NCBI GenBank assembly: GCA_005191425.1
Contig: SUPR01000025.1
Location: 6,207-38,206 of the forward strand
Length of the DNA stretch: 32,000 bases
Source of the DNA: Candidatus Helarchaeota ASGARD archaeon Hel_GB_B
Lineage (GTDB): Archaea; Asgardarchaeota; Lokiarchaeia; Helarchaeales; HEL-GB-B
Direction of reading: 5' to 3'
A model generated the notes under the pieces. That model searched no databases, was not told where the DNA came from, and saw only the letters and a program-made list of their open reading frames with translations. Position numbers and translations under genes: made by a program. Shown here one piece after another: positions 11,911 to 22,805 of this stretch; the first letter of the stretch is position 1, and each line of letters starts with the position of its first letter.

Positions 11911-13089
11911 ATGAATTTTCCAATAAAAAAATATAAAGAAGGAAAAACATTTTTCTATGCACCCGATTTAGACAAATATGGAATTCCTCAGAATGCTCCA
12001 GCATTTTATAATCCTAATATGAAATTTAATAGAGATTGTTCACTAATAGCAATTCAAACATATCAAAAATTACTTAATAAAAATATCATAATATGCGACC
12101 CATTATCTGGAGTAGGAATAAGAGGACTAAGATATGTTAATGAACTCAATGGGGTAAACTTTGTTTTTGTTAATGATTATAATAAAAATGCTTATGAATT
12201 AATTTTGCGGAATATTAAATTATTAAAAAATAACCTCATAATTAAAGCTTTTAATAAAGAAGCAAATAATTTTCTTAATGATTTTAGTATTTTACCTAAA
12301 GTTTTGGATATCATCGATATAGACCCATTTGGATCACCTACTTGTTTTATTGATACTGCTGTAAGGGCTCTAAAGAAACGTGGTTTAATTATGTTAACCG
12401 CCACAGATATGAGGATTCTTTGTGGGATACAACCCAAAGTTTGTGCTAGAAAATATGGCGGATACTCACTCAAAACTAATTATTGTCATGAAATTGCAAT
12501 ACGATTACTTTTAGGTTGTTTGATGAAAATTGCGAATCGGTTCAATTTTTATATCCATCCCCTGATGTCTTTTACTCAAATTCATTATATTCGGACTATT
12601 GTTGAGTTAATTAAAAATAAAAAAGAAATAAGTAAAAATTTGAAGGATTTTGGATATATATCTCATTGTTTCAAATGTAATGGTAGGTTAATTTTTAAAG
12701 AATTAGATATTAAAATACCGAAAACATGTCCTTTTTGTGGTAGTAAATTAATAAGTATAGCTGGTCCCTTATGGTTGGGTAAAATTCAAGATAAAAACTT
12801 TTTATCAAATTCATTAGAAATTATTAAAAATATTGAACTAACTAACAAAAAGAAAATCGAGTTGTTCTTTTCTACTCTATTAGCAGAATCTGAAATGCCT
12901 CCTACTTATTATAACATCCATAAAATATGTAAAAATATCAAAATTTCTGCCCCTAAACTTGAATCAATAATTAACAAATTACATGAATCAAATTTTATAG
13001 CAAGCAGGACTCATTTTTGCCCTATTTGTATAAAAACTGATGCTAATATAAATTTAATAATAAAAACAATAAAAGACTTAAAAACTTAG
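11911..13089 (+). CDS. trm1: tRNA (guanine-26-N2)-dimethyltransferase Trm1
   Basis: FYNPNMKFNRD, DPLSGVGIRGLRY, DIDPFGSP, TATD, Zn motifs CFKC/CPFCG, AGPLWLG, SRTHF. Confidence 0.96.
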   Translation: MNFPIKKYKEGKTFFYAPDLDKYGIPQNAPAFYNPNMKFNRDCSLIAIQTYQKLLNKNIIICDPLSGVGIRGLRYVNELNGVNFVFVNDYNKNAYELILRNIKLLKNNLIIKAFNKEANNFLNDFSILPKVLDIIDIDPFGSPTCFIDTAVRALKKRGLIMLTATDMRILCGIQPKVCARKYGGYSLKTNYCHEIAIRLLLGCLMKIANRFNFYIHPLMSFTQIHYIRTIVELIKNKKEISKNLKDFGYISHCFKCNGRLIFKELDIKIPKTCPFCGSKLISIAGPLWLGKIQDKNFLSNSLEIIKNIELTNKKKIELFFSTLLAESEMPPTYYNIHKICKNIKISAPKLESIINKLHESNFIASRTHFCPICIKTDANINLIIKTIKDLKT

Positions 13090-13092
13090 TTA

Positions 13093-14124
13093 TTATTTTT
13101 TCACCCATTCGATGTCCTGCCCTAATTTGTCCAAAAAGCTGGCAAGAATTGTCCTCGGGATATTCATTTTTTTAGAAATTTCTTTTAATGAATGATTACC
13201 ATTACAATAATGTATAATTTCTGAAAATAATTTATTGAGGTCTGGGTCTATATCTATCGATTTTAAAAGGTTAAAGTTCGTTATTACTGGATATATCCTA
13301 ACTGGTCGTACCCAACCCTCTTTCATACAAAATGCCACAATCTCTTTTACTTTGTCCAAATCTACATTTAATTTTAAATGGATCCCATTTATACTGATTT
13401 TTCCCTCCTTCATTAAAGTTAATATATCTATTCCTTTTTTACCAAAATTATTCATTATAGTTTCATATACATAAGAAATTTTCTCAAAAATATTTTTTCC
13501 TTCCTCTGTTAAGATATAGATATCTGTATTTTTAATCATCTCACTTAATTGCCCTCCTATTTGAATTATCCCAAGTTCTTGAAGATATGCAAGTTTCTCA
13601 ATTACCGATTCTATTGGTTCATTTAAACGGTTAGAAATTTCTTTTACATCTGATGTATTGTCTATAGCAACTAATAGATTTAACGTAGACCGATCAATGA
13701 AATCCTCTGATAAAATAGGCACGTCATTCATTGATATGAATTCTGGAGCAAATTTTTTTACAATTATTTCTTTATATGGATCAAAAATTACTGTATCTGC
13801 AGCTGGATCTATCTCATAAATCTCTTCAAATAATTTAATTGTCTCTCTTAATATTCTTCTTATATTTGGAGTGTCTGTTTTCGCTAAAAGTAAACCTATG
13901 ATTTCCTTCCCGGGTTCTATCAATATCTTAAAATCTCCCCTATCTACAGCTCTGATTATTTTATTTGAATTTGAATTGGGCATTATAAAATTTAAAAAGG
14001 ATGAGATCGCGGATAAGAAACCCGATACCATCTGCTCATCTAACGAAGAACCTATGAAACTATGGTGAAGTATACATGTCCCAACATTCTTTATTACAAA
14101 AAATATTTCAAATATTCTAGCCAT
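13093..14124 (-). CDS. Longin-domain plus winged-helix protein, NPRL2/Npr2-like (Asgard eukaryotic signature protein)
   Basis: N-terminal longin-type motif (FFVIKNVGTCILHHSF...DEQMVSGFLSAISSF...GDFKILIE), followed by three HTH-like segments. Confidence 0.75.
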   Translation of the reverse strand: MARIFEIFFVIKNVGTCILHHSFIGSSLDEQMVSGFLSAISSFLNFIMPNSNSNKIIRAVDRGDFKILIEPGKEIIGLLLAKTDTPNIRRILRETIKLFEEIYEIDPAADTVIFDPYKEIIVKKFAPEFISMNDVPILSEDFIDRSTLNLLVAIDNTSDVKEISNRLNEPIESVIEKLAYLQELGIIQIGGQLSEMIKNTDIYILTEEGKNIFEKISYVYETIMNNFGKKGIDILTLMKEGKISINGIHLKLNVDLDKVKEIVAFCMKEGWVRPVRIYPVITNFNLLKSIDIDPDLNKLFSEIIHYCNGNHSLKEISKKMNIPRTILASFLDKLGQDIEWVKK

Positions 14125-14429
14125 TTATCTCATTTTTTTTCTTTATTGATTTTAATTCTTTTAAGTTATTCATCTGACTTGAAAAATATCCCAAAACTAT
14201 TTTCTATGTTCATTTTTTAAATTTTTGAGGCGATCAATAATTTAATAATTTTTGAAATTATATTCAATTTTTAAAATAAAAGTTTTAATCTCTTTAAAAA
14301 TACTTATTTAATTAAACTCACTATAAATTTAAAAAAAATTTATCCATTTTAAAATAATAAAATATGTATATTTTATTATTATAAAGTAATATTTTTTAAG
14401 TAAGTTAAAAAATTGGATGTTAAATAAAA

Positions 14430-14906
14430 ATGACTAAAGTTCAAATACAAACTTCTAAAGGAAATATAAATTTAAAACTCTTTGACAATGATGCTCCACT
14501 TACTGTTGCTAGTTTTTTATTTTTAATTAAGAATGGTTTTTATGACGGACTAACTTTTCACAGAGTGATTAAAAATTTTATGATTCAAGGAGGATGCCCC
14601 CTTGGAACTGGAACTGGTGGGCCTCTTAGTAAAGGAATTAAAGAATTCCCTTATAAGGGTAAAATGGTAAAATATCCTTTTAAAGATGAATTTCATAATG
14701 GTCATCTTTTTGATAAACCTGGAATATTAGCAATGGCTAATGCCGGACCTAACACAAATGGTAGTCAATTTTTTATTACTCATGTGGTTACCGATTGGCT
14801 TAATAATAAACACACAATTTTTGGAGAAGTCGTAGGGCCCGAAGATCAAAGTATCGTCAATGCTATTGAAAAAGGAGATAAAATTAATAAAATCATTGTC
14901 TTGTAA
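14430..14906 (+). CDS. Cyclophilin-type peptidyl-prolyl cis-trans isomerase
   Basis: [47 protein letters not shown]. Confidence 0.97.
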   Translation: MTKVQIQTSKGNINLKLFDNDAPLTVASFLFLIKNGFYDGLTFHRVIKNFMIQGGCPLGTGTGGPLSKGIKEFPYKGKMVKYPFKDEFHNGHLFDKPGILAMANAGPNTNGSQFFITHVVTDWLNNKHTIFGEVVGPEDQSIVNAIEKGDKINKIIVL

Positions 14907-14936
14907 TTTATTCTTTTTATTATACGAACTAATTTT

Positions 14937-15497
14937 TTATTTTTTTATTAAGGACGCTAAAGAATTTTTAAGAAAATCCAAAATTTGATTTCTGTTTTCT
15001 TTTGTTATCTGAAATATATTTATATCATTTCTTGACTTAATTTGGTCGATAAATTCATGTTTAATTGAGATTCCCATCGATGCTAATACAATTTTTTCAG
15101 AATTTAATGCGTTAATTACTGCTTTTTGAAAATCTTTGGAAAAAAAAATTTCCATTTTTCCTATTTCGTCAATTATGATTATGTCACAATTATCAATCGC
15201 AAAATTAATTGCATTTACTCCAATTTTATTCAAATCAAATAAATTAATGCGATATTTACCCACACGAGGGCCTGATTTTATAAAAACGCTTGATAATGTA
15301 CCTTTAATATTATTAAATATATCTATTATACTAAAACCCTTCCTTATATTATCTTGTCTTATTTCTGGGGTTAATATACCACCAATTTTTAATTGCTTAT
15401 TTTTAAAAAAATCAATTAAATTCATCAACAATGTACTTTTTCCACTCCCAGGTTTTCCCATAATAATTACATTTTTGTAAATTTGCTTATTGTTCAT
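14937..15497 (-). CDS. NTPase, THEP1/NTPase_1 family
   Basis: Walker A GKPGSGKST, GGILTPEIR, GPRVGKYRI, Walker B IIIIDEIGKME. Confidence 0.93.
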   Translation of the reverse strand: MNNKQIYKNVIIMGKPGSGKSTLLMNLIDFFKNKQLKIGGILTPEIRQDNIRKGFSIIDIFNNIKGTLSSVFIKSGPRVGKYRINLFDLNKIGVNAINFAIDNCDIIIIDEIGKMEIFFSKDFQKAVINALNSEKIVLASMGISIKHEFIDQIKSRNDINIFQITKENRNQILDFLKNSLASLIKK

Positions 15498-15683
15498 AAA
15501 TTTAATGATATTTTCTTTATTTAAAAAATCTTTATAAATTTTGATTAAAAAAATTTGAATTGACCAGTTTCTATAGTCTAATTTGAAAAATATCTGGTCA
15601 TTTAATGTATATAATTATACCAGAAAAGTAAAAATATTTAGTAAACAAAAAAATGTTTTAATAAAAAGAATAGAAAATTAAAG

Positions 15684-16787
15684 TTATAGACCAATTTTCT
15701 TTAAATTTTTAATTGCTTCTACTTGTTTTGAATTTAATTTTTCTGGAATTGCTATATCTACCTTTATTAATAAATCACCATATCCTCGACCTCTTAACCG
15801 CGGCATACCTTTACCTGGAATTCGTAAAATAGTGCCACTTTTTGTTCGAGGTGGTATATTTAAAGTAGCAGTCCCATCCAAAGTATCAACTTTAATAGAA
15901 TCACCCAGTACAGCTTGAGAATAAGTAATTGGTATTTCTCTGTAGAGATATTCACCTTCTCTTTTAAATATTTTATGTTTATCGACATGGATTATTACAT
16001 AAAGATCTCCTGCTTCTCCACCAAGTCTTCCAGCTTGACCTTGACCTCTAACTTTCAAACTAATGCCTGTTTCAATTCCCTTAGGTATTTTCACTTCAAT
16101 TTTTCGTTCGACTTTAACAATCCCCTCACCATTGCATTTTGGACATTTTTTTCTAATAATTCTACCAGTCCCTTTACATCTTTTACAATCTGTTATTGTG
16201 ACTACTTGGCCCATAAATGATCTTTGTACCGTTTGTTTTTGGCCAGTTCCATTACAACTAGGGCATATTTCTGGCTGATAACCTGGAGCTGTTCCCTTTC
16301 CTGCGCATTTCATACAAGTTTCATAGTGTGGCACTGATATTTCTTTCTTAACCCCAGTATATGCCTCTTCTAAAGTTATATGCAAGTTGTATTTAATATT
16401 TGCTCCCTTTTCAGCTGTCCTACGTCTAGATGATCTAGATCGTCTCCCGCCCCCAAAAAATGTATCAAAAATATCGCCAAAACCACCAAATCCTCCGAAA
16501 ATACTATTCATTAAGTCGTCCAATCTAATACTACTAAAATCGACAAAATTAGCACCTTTTAGTCCCTCATGGCCAAATTGGTCATAAATCCTTCTTTTCT
16601 CTGGATCTGAGAGTACTTCATATGCTTCTCCGATCTCCTTAAACTTTTCTGTCGCTTCTGGTGAATTATTTCTATCTGGATGATATTTAAGAGCTAATTT
16701 TCTGAATGCTTTCTTTATTTCATCGCTTGAAGCATTTCTTGAAACGCCCAATACTTCGTAATAATCTCTTTTATTCTTGCTCGACAA
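15684..16787 (-). CDS. dnaJ: Chaperone DnaJ (type I)
   Basis: J-domain with HPD, G/F region and four CxxCxGxG motifs. Start reassigned to TTG at 16787, which follows a GAGGT motif (track start 16841). Confidence 0.97.
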   Translation of the reverse strand: MSSKNKRDYYEVLGVSRNASSDEIKKAFRKLALKYHPDRNNSPEATEKFKEIGEAYEVLSDPEKRRIYDQFGHEGLKGANFVDFSSIRLDDLMNSIFGGFGGFGDIFDTFFGGGRRSRSSRRRTAEKGANIKYNLHITLEEAYTGVKKEISVPHYETCMKCAGKGTAPGYQPEICPSCNGTGQKQTVQRSFMGQVVTITDCKRCKGTGRIIRKKCPKCNGEGIVKVERKIEVKIPKGIETGISLKVRGQGQAGRLGGEAGDLYVIIHVDKHKIFKREGEYLYREIPITYSQAVLGDSIKVDTLDGTATLNIPPRTKSGTILRIPGKGMPRLRGRGYGDLLIKVDIAIPEKLNSKQVEAIKNLKKIGL

Positions 16788-16956
16788 TGTAGGTTTGACC
16801 TCAATTAATATTTCTAATGTAATAATTTTGATAAAACCCAATAAATTTAATTATATAATGTTTAAAAACTTGTTTTAAATGTATTGAAAAATGGTCAAAA
16901 ACATAAATTTTACAATTAGAAAAAAGAATTAAGAATTTTTAAAAAAATATAAAAAA

Positions 16957-18861
16957 TTATTTCTCATCATTATCGTCCACGACATCATATTCTGCATCTA
17001 CAACGTCCTCTTCTTCAGGTGCTTGAGTTGTTGCTTGACCAGTTCCATAGTATTGTCCAGCTCCTGGCGTACCACCTACTCCGCCTGGCATACCACCCGG
17101 CATACCCCCTTGCTGATAAATTTTTACCGATAATTCTTGGACTGCTGCAGTTAATTTTTCTATTCCTGATTTAATTTTTGCCACATCATCAGTATTCATA
17201 TCTTGTTTCAGTTGGTTAATAGCGCTTTCAATTTTACTTTTTAATGCGTCATCCATTTTATCTTGGTGTTCCTTCATTAATTTCTCAGTTTGGTAAATTA
17301 AAGATTCAGCTTCATTTTTTGTTTGGATTTTTTCGAGGATCTTTTTATCTTGCTCAACAAATTTTTCTGCTTCTTTTATCTTCTTTTGAATTTCTTCTTC
17401 AGATAATTTTGTTGAAGCTGTTATTGTTATTTTCTGTTCTTTTCCAGTACCGAGATCTTTTGCAGATACATTTAGAATACCATTTGCATCGATATCAAAT
17501 GTAACTTCAATTCTAGGGACGCCTCTCGGGGCAGGTGGGATACCTACTAGATGAAATTTACCCAATGTGATATTATCTTTTGCCATTGGTCTTTCTCCTT
17601 GAAGTACATGTATTTCAACTGCTGGTTGATTGTCTGCAGCGGTCGAGAAAATTTCACTCTTTCTAGTTGGAATTGTAGTATTACGTTCAATAAGTTTTGT
17701 GAATACACCACCCAATGTTTCAACTCCAAGAGAGAGTGGTGTAACATCCAGTAATAATAAATCCTCGACTTCACCTGTAAGGACTCCAGCTTGTATTGCT
17801 GCACCCATTGCTACACATTCCATGGGGTCTATCCCACGTTCGGGCTCTCTTCCAAAGAAATCAGCGAATCGTTTTCTAACTGCAGGCATACGAGTTGGCC
17901 CTCCAACCAAGATTATATTGTTTATTTCATTTACACCGATTTTTGCGTCTTCAATTGCTCTCTTAATAGGGCCATCAAGTCGTTCAAGGACGGGTTCAAT
18001 TAATTCTTCAAGTTTAGCGCGAGTCAATGTCATATTTAAATGTTTAGGGCCACTTGCATCAGCGGTTATATATGGTAAATTAATAGTTGTTTCTAAGACA
18101 GTTGATAGTTCAATTTTAGCTTTTTCTGCAGCTTCTACTACTCGTTGCATAGCCATTTTATCGTTTCTAATATCCACTCCTTCCTGTTTTTTGAATTTTT
18201 CGGCTATGTAATCTACTAGAATTTTGTCCATATCAGTTCCACCTAACTGGGTATCACCAGAAGTTGATTTGACCTCGAAAACGCCATCACCCATCTCCAT
18301 AATTGTTACATCAAAAGTGCCACCACCAAGGTCTAAAATTGCAATTGTTAGATTTTTTCCTTTTTTATCAAGTCCATATGCCAAGGTAGCAGCAGTAGGT
18401 TCATTTACAAGCCTTTTAACATCTAACCCAGCTATTCTACCCGCATCCTTTGTAGCTTGGCGCTGATTATCATTGAAATAAGCTGGGACTGTTATTACTG
18501 CTCCAGTTACTGGTTCTCCGAGAAATGCCTCCGCATCTTTTTTAATTTTCTGTAAAATCATTGCAGAAATGTCTTGTGGGGTGTATTCTTTTCCATCAAT
18601 TGTGATTTTATAATTGGTACCCATTTTCCTCTTAATTGCAGTAATTGTTCGTTCGGGGTTTGATATCGCTTGTCTACGAGCAGGTTCGCCCACTAATCTC
18701 TGTCCATCTTTTGTAAATGCTACAATACTAGGAAATGCTTTGCCATATAAAGTTGTGCCTTCTGCAGAAGGTATAATTACTGGTCTACCACCTTGTAATA
18801 CAGCTGCTGCTGAGTTTGAAGTTCCCAAGTCGATTCCAATTATTTTTCCCATTATTCTCAT
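16957..18861 (-). CDS. dnaK: Chaperone DnaK (Hsp70)
   Basis: [25 protein letters not shown], linker [15 protein letters not shown] repeats. Start probably ATG at 18852 (MGKIIG). Confidence 0.99.
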   Translation of the reverse strand: MRIMGKIIGIDLGTSNSAAAVLQGGRPVIIPSAEGTTLYGKAFPSIVAFTKDGQRLVGEPARRQAISNPERTITAIKRKMGTNYKITIDGKEYTPQDISAMILQKIKKDAEAFLGEPVTGAVITVPAYFNDNQRQATKDAGRIAGLDVKRLVNEPTAATLAYGLDKKGKNLTIAILDLGGGTFDVTIMEMGDGVFEVKSTSGDTQLGGTDMDKILVDYIAEKFKKQEGVDIRNDKMAMQRVVEAAEKAKIELSTVLETTINLPYITADASGPKHLNMTLTRAKLEELIEPVLERLDGPIKRAIEDAKIGVNEINNIILVGGPTRMPAVRKRFADFFGREPERGIDPMECVAMGAAIQAGVLTGEVEDLLLLDVTPLSLGVETLGGVFTKLIERNTTIPTRKSEIFSTAADNQPAVEIHVLQGERPMAKDNITLGKFHLVGIPPAPRGVPRIEVTFDIDANGILNVSAKDLGTGKEQKITITASTKLSEEEIQKKIKEAEKFVEQDKKILEKIQTKNEAESLIYQTEKLMKEHQDKMDDALKSKIESAINQLKQDMNTDDVAKIKSGIEKLTAAVQELSVKIYQQGGMPGGMPGGVGGTPGAGQYYGTGQATTQAPEEEDVVDAEYDVVDDNDEK

Positions 18862-18896
18862 CTCTAACTTAGTTTTTATTTTTTATTTATTACATA

Positions 18897-19616
18897 TTAA
18901 TTATTTTTATTAACATCATTTTCTTTATTTTCATTATTTTCTCTTTTCTTTCTTGCTACTTTGACCATTGCTGGTCTTAAAATTTTATCTTTAAACATAT
19001 ATCCTTTTGAAAGAACTTCAATGATATCATCTTCATTATAATCATCGCGCTCTTCTGTTATTAAACATTCGTGTTTAAATGGGTCGAATTTTCCCGAGCT
19101 ATCGATTAATTTTAAACCTTCTTTTTCTAAAATATTATAAAATTCTTTATAAATTGACTTTATACCTTCTATAAATGGGTCATCATTTTTTTTGTCCACT
19201 GAATCTAATGCCCGCTCAAAATTATCCAATACATTTAAGAGCTTTTTTACCAATTGACCTGAAGCATAACTAATTGTTTCACTTTTCTCTTTCTCTAAAA
19301 ACTTTTTATAATTATCGAAATCTGCTTGAACTCTCTGAAATCTGTCAAATAATTCATTATATCTACTTTTTTCATTTTGTATTTCTTGTTTTAAATCATT
19401 ATATTCTTGTAAAGATATTGTAATTTCTTTTGGAACATTTTCATCTTCCTGTTTTTTCTCATCTATCTCTTCATCTTCAATTAAAATTTCTTCAATAGCG
19501 TCATTGTCTAAACTAACATCGGAAATACTACTATTACCTTCTTCACTGTGCAATAATTCTTCATTTTCATTGATACAATCTACATCAATATTATCGTCTT
19601 CGTCATCATGACTCAA
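18897..19616 (-). CDS. grpE: Nucleotide exchange factor GrpE
   Basis: Acidic N-terminus, RVQADFDNYKK, LDNFERAL, FDPFKHE, KGYMFKDKILRPAMVKV. TTG start after GGTGA. Confidence 0.96.
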   Translation of the reverse strand: MSHDDEDDNIDVDCINENEELLHSEEGNSSISDVSLDNDAIEEILIEDEEIDEKKQEDENVPKEITISLQEYNDLKQEIQNEKSRYNELFDRFQRVQADFDNYKKFLEKEKSETISYASGQLVKKLLNVLDNFERALDSVDKKNDDPFIEGIKSIYKEFYNILEKEGLKLIDSSGKFDPFKHECLITEERDDYNEDDIIEVLSKGYMFKDKILRPAMVKVARKKRENNENKENDVNKNN

Positions 19617-19735
19617 CCAGTTTCACCATCAACATTTTTTAATCAATTTATAAATTACTAACTTTAAATTGTGTTATTTTTTTAATGTTTTATCAATAGA
19701 GTGTCAATACTTGAAAATGATGTTTGTTATTTTAA

Positions 19736-19780
19736 AGTCACATATTTTTAGTCACATATTTTAGTAATCACATTTATTTA
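19736..19780. repeat. Three imperfect direct repeats (AGTCACATATTTT-like) upstream of grpE
   Basis: AGTCACATATTTTT / AGTCACATATTTTAGT / AATCACATTTATTTA, abutting TTTATAAA at 19777-19784. Confidence 0.6.
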
Positions 19781-20193
19781 TAAAGTTTTGGCATATATTG
19801 TACCTTATTGTTTATAATTGTTTAAATAATATTTTTAGTTAATATCCTAATAATTTTATCAATATTGGAAAAAATTTGATAACAAAATCAATTTTAGACA
19901 TAAATAGAACAAAATAAATTAATCATTAAACAAGTGAAATATTTATTATTTTTATCCTCAATTATTCCGTTAAACAATTAAACCATTTTTTGAAAATTAT
20001 GCACTAATTTAAGAATAATTTACAATTTTTGTCAATTTTTTAATTAAAGAATTTAATATTTGATCAATATGATATGATTTATTGGCTAAAAAATAATTGT
20101 TTAATATAATTATAAGTAAAATTTAAGAATTTTGGTCATTATTACGGAATTTTAAAATATATCTATCATAATATTCTTTAAAAATTAAGATTA

Positions 20194-20868
20194 TTATTCA
20201 ATAAAAGTATCTATTTTTCTTTGCTTAATTTCTCGTTTAATATTTGATATCGTTTTCCAACTTTTTCTCACAAAATCTGGAAATTCTCTATTTTTTAGAT
20301 AATAATTTTTTAAAAAAATTATAGTATTTTTATCTGAAGTATATCCACTCCCAAAATTAACATTGTATTTGATTTTAATTTTCTCAATTTCACTATCCCG
20401 TATAACTTTGGCAATAATTGATGCAGCTCCTACTATAGGATAATTTTCATCGGATTTATGTTCACAAATTATTTCTATATTTTTTTTTATTAATTTTTTA
20501 AAAAAATTCTCATACGCAGAAATATTATTACTGGGACAATCTAAAAATATTCTTTTAATGTTATGCTTTTTCAATAATTCGTTTGTCAATTGAGCTGAGA
20601 TTTCTGCTTCAAGCCAATTAAGGTTTGAATTGTTGTCTTTTAAACATGCATCTATTTCTCTTGCTGAAATTATTCGATATTTATATATTACTTCTTTTTT
20701 TAAAATTTCATAAAGTTGCTCGCGTTTTTTGGGGCTTATTTTCTTACTATCCTTAACCCCCCAAAATATTAAATCGTTGATCATTGATTCTTTAGCCGCT
20801 ACAATACACATGACCATCGGTCCAATTGCTGGACCTCTTCCACATTCATCAATTCCAGCTATAAGCAT
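20194..20868 (-). CDS. rnhB: Ribonuclease HII
   Basis: GIDECGRGPAIGP, GVKDSKK, HKSDENYPIVGAASIIAKV, FGSGY, VRKSWKT. ATG start at 20868 (track start 20886). Confidence 0.96.
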   Translation of the reverse strand: MLIAGIDECGRGPAIGPMVMCIVAAKESMINDLIFWGVKDSKKISPKKREQLYEILKKEVIYKYRIISAREIDACLKDNNSNLNWLEAEISAQLTNELLKKHNIKRIFLDCPSNNISAYENFFKKLIKKNIEIICEHKSDENYPIVGAASIIAKVIRDSEIEKIKIKYNVNFGSGYTSDKNTIIFLKNYYLKNREFPDFVRKSWKTISNIKREIKQRKIDTFIE

Positions 20869-21028
20869 TGTTATAAAGCGCCCCAAACAAAATATTTATT
20901 TTTTTCTTTTATGGAATAAATAAATATTAAAAATTAATAAATAGATTTCGGAATATTTTGGACTCTCATTATTGAAAATATAATAGCATACTAATTGTAT
21001 AAATATTTATTAGAAATTAAAAACGAAT

Positions 21029-22373
21029 TCATTTGCTTTTATATTTTAATTTTAATTCCTCTATATATGTCGTTATTTGAGGCAAAACCTTAAGTCGTGG
21101 ATAAAAATATTCATTGATCAATTTAACTATTTGGTATCTTGATTCTGCAATTAAATTATTCCATTCATTGTCTGAAATATCACATATACCAAGCACATCA
21201 TCTCTTAATTTCATTAAAGCATCAACAATTTTTTCTTCTTCAGGGCCTTCACAGACTTTAATTACATTTTTTATGAGAGTATAAATTTGATTTGATACTA
21301 CTTTTCTATCGATAGGTGATTTTGGTAATCTTGCATCATTAATGGCATTAAGAAGACTCCAAACTTGGTATAATGCAGATGCTGGTTCATCAAACAATTC
21401 CCTAGTAAATAATGCTTCCTTATGTGCACCTTTAAGACGGAAAATATTATACAAACGTTTTGCTACTTTGCCATAATTTTGGTTCTCTTCTTCTAAATAG
21501 TGTAAAACCTGCTTTTCTAATGCATTTAAATAATCATCAAGTTTTTTAGGTGTAAGATTTTCTTTTAATTTTGTAAATAGCGGAATTGAACTAGCTTCCA
21601 AATAGACTTCTTGAAAATAAGGGTCTATCTGCCCATCAAGTGGAATAATTTCTCCTTTAGGGCTTTCCCGGGTAATATCTAACATATTACTAACATTTAT
21701 TACTCTATTTCTATCTGGCTCTACAATTAACCAATCTAACTTGCACCAACCAGGATCTAATTCTCCATATTCCCAATTTAACTTACGATCTTTATTTTTG
21801 TCTTGGACTATCATAAACCCTTGTTGTACTTCATCAGCATTCCCAGAATTTGGTGTGCCTGCTTTTAACAATCTTCCATTTTTTTTTTTGAAATTTGATT
21901 TAAAAGTCCCCCATTTTGCTTCAATTAATTGGTAAACCGGAGAATATAATTTGTCCAAAGCTTTTTTTTCTAATTATTTGACCACTTATTTTACATGCTT
22001 CCTCTTTTGTGGGGGCAATTATGTTTACTCTTTCAAAATAATCTAAATCTCCTGGAAACCTCTGAACTTTACCTTGAGCTGCAGAACCGGATAAACTTAT
22101 TGCCGTTTCTATTCCCTCGCTATTTGGAATTCCTACTATTTCTGCTATTTTCCTAAACCGTTCTAATTCCTTTGAATCGAAATCAATTAATTGGAACTCA
22201 TGCCCATAAATACCTTGAGATTCATCTATAATAAGATCTTCTGGAGTTTCTTCTGCAGATTTTATATCTTTAAGCCATTTTATCGCTTTATCTTCATTTA
22301 TTTCAACTCCTAGACGTTTAGCAGCTTCAATTATCTCCTTTATTTCATCTATATTTATATCTCCATTTTTCAT
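21029..22373 (-). pseudogene. Uncharacterised Pol-beta-superfamily nucleotidyltransferase split into two ORFs by a +1 frameshift (pseudogene, phase-variable gene or sequencing error)
   Basis: ORFs 21921-22373 and 21029-21958 overlap. Removing one A from the A8 run (T8 at 21962-21969) fuses them into 447 aa. Contains a GS-x11-DLD motif. Confidence 0.65.
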
Positions 22374-22805
22374 TTTATTAAAAACTCCATTTTTTAAATG
22401 TATTATAAAATATCTTTCCCTTTTTCTAATATTTAAATTTTAATATATTGAACTTAAAATTCGGGGAAAAAAATGATATTTTTTTATCAAATAATATTTA
22501 TTCCAGTTAATAACTTATATTAAATAACATAAAAGCAATAATACATAATTTATAAAAATGAAATACCTAATTATTATATTTAATTGGTCATTTTTTGATT
22601 TTTTAATGAATCTTGATGCCGCAACACAAAAATTAACTTATATTCTTAACAATAAAGCATTTAAAAATTAAAAATTTAAATTCATTTTTTAATTAAATTG
22701 ACTAAAAAAGAAAATATTCAAGTATCTAAAATAATATTATAGAAAATATCTATAAATTTTTATTAATTATGTCTCATTTAATCGAAGAAAAAAAGAGGTA
22801 AAAAT

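Noticed and set aside
17244-18913. Several plus-strand ORFs inside dnaK (17630-18211, 18224-18466 and 18614-18913 share one frame)
   Set aside because: Codon-aligned antisense shadow of Hsp70, a known artefact. No independent protein motifs.
19699-19707. GAGTGTCAA, resembling a CIRCE half-site, upstream of grpE
   Set aside because: No partner arm at N9 spacing and no hrcA in the window.
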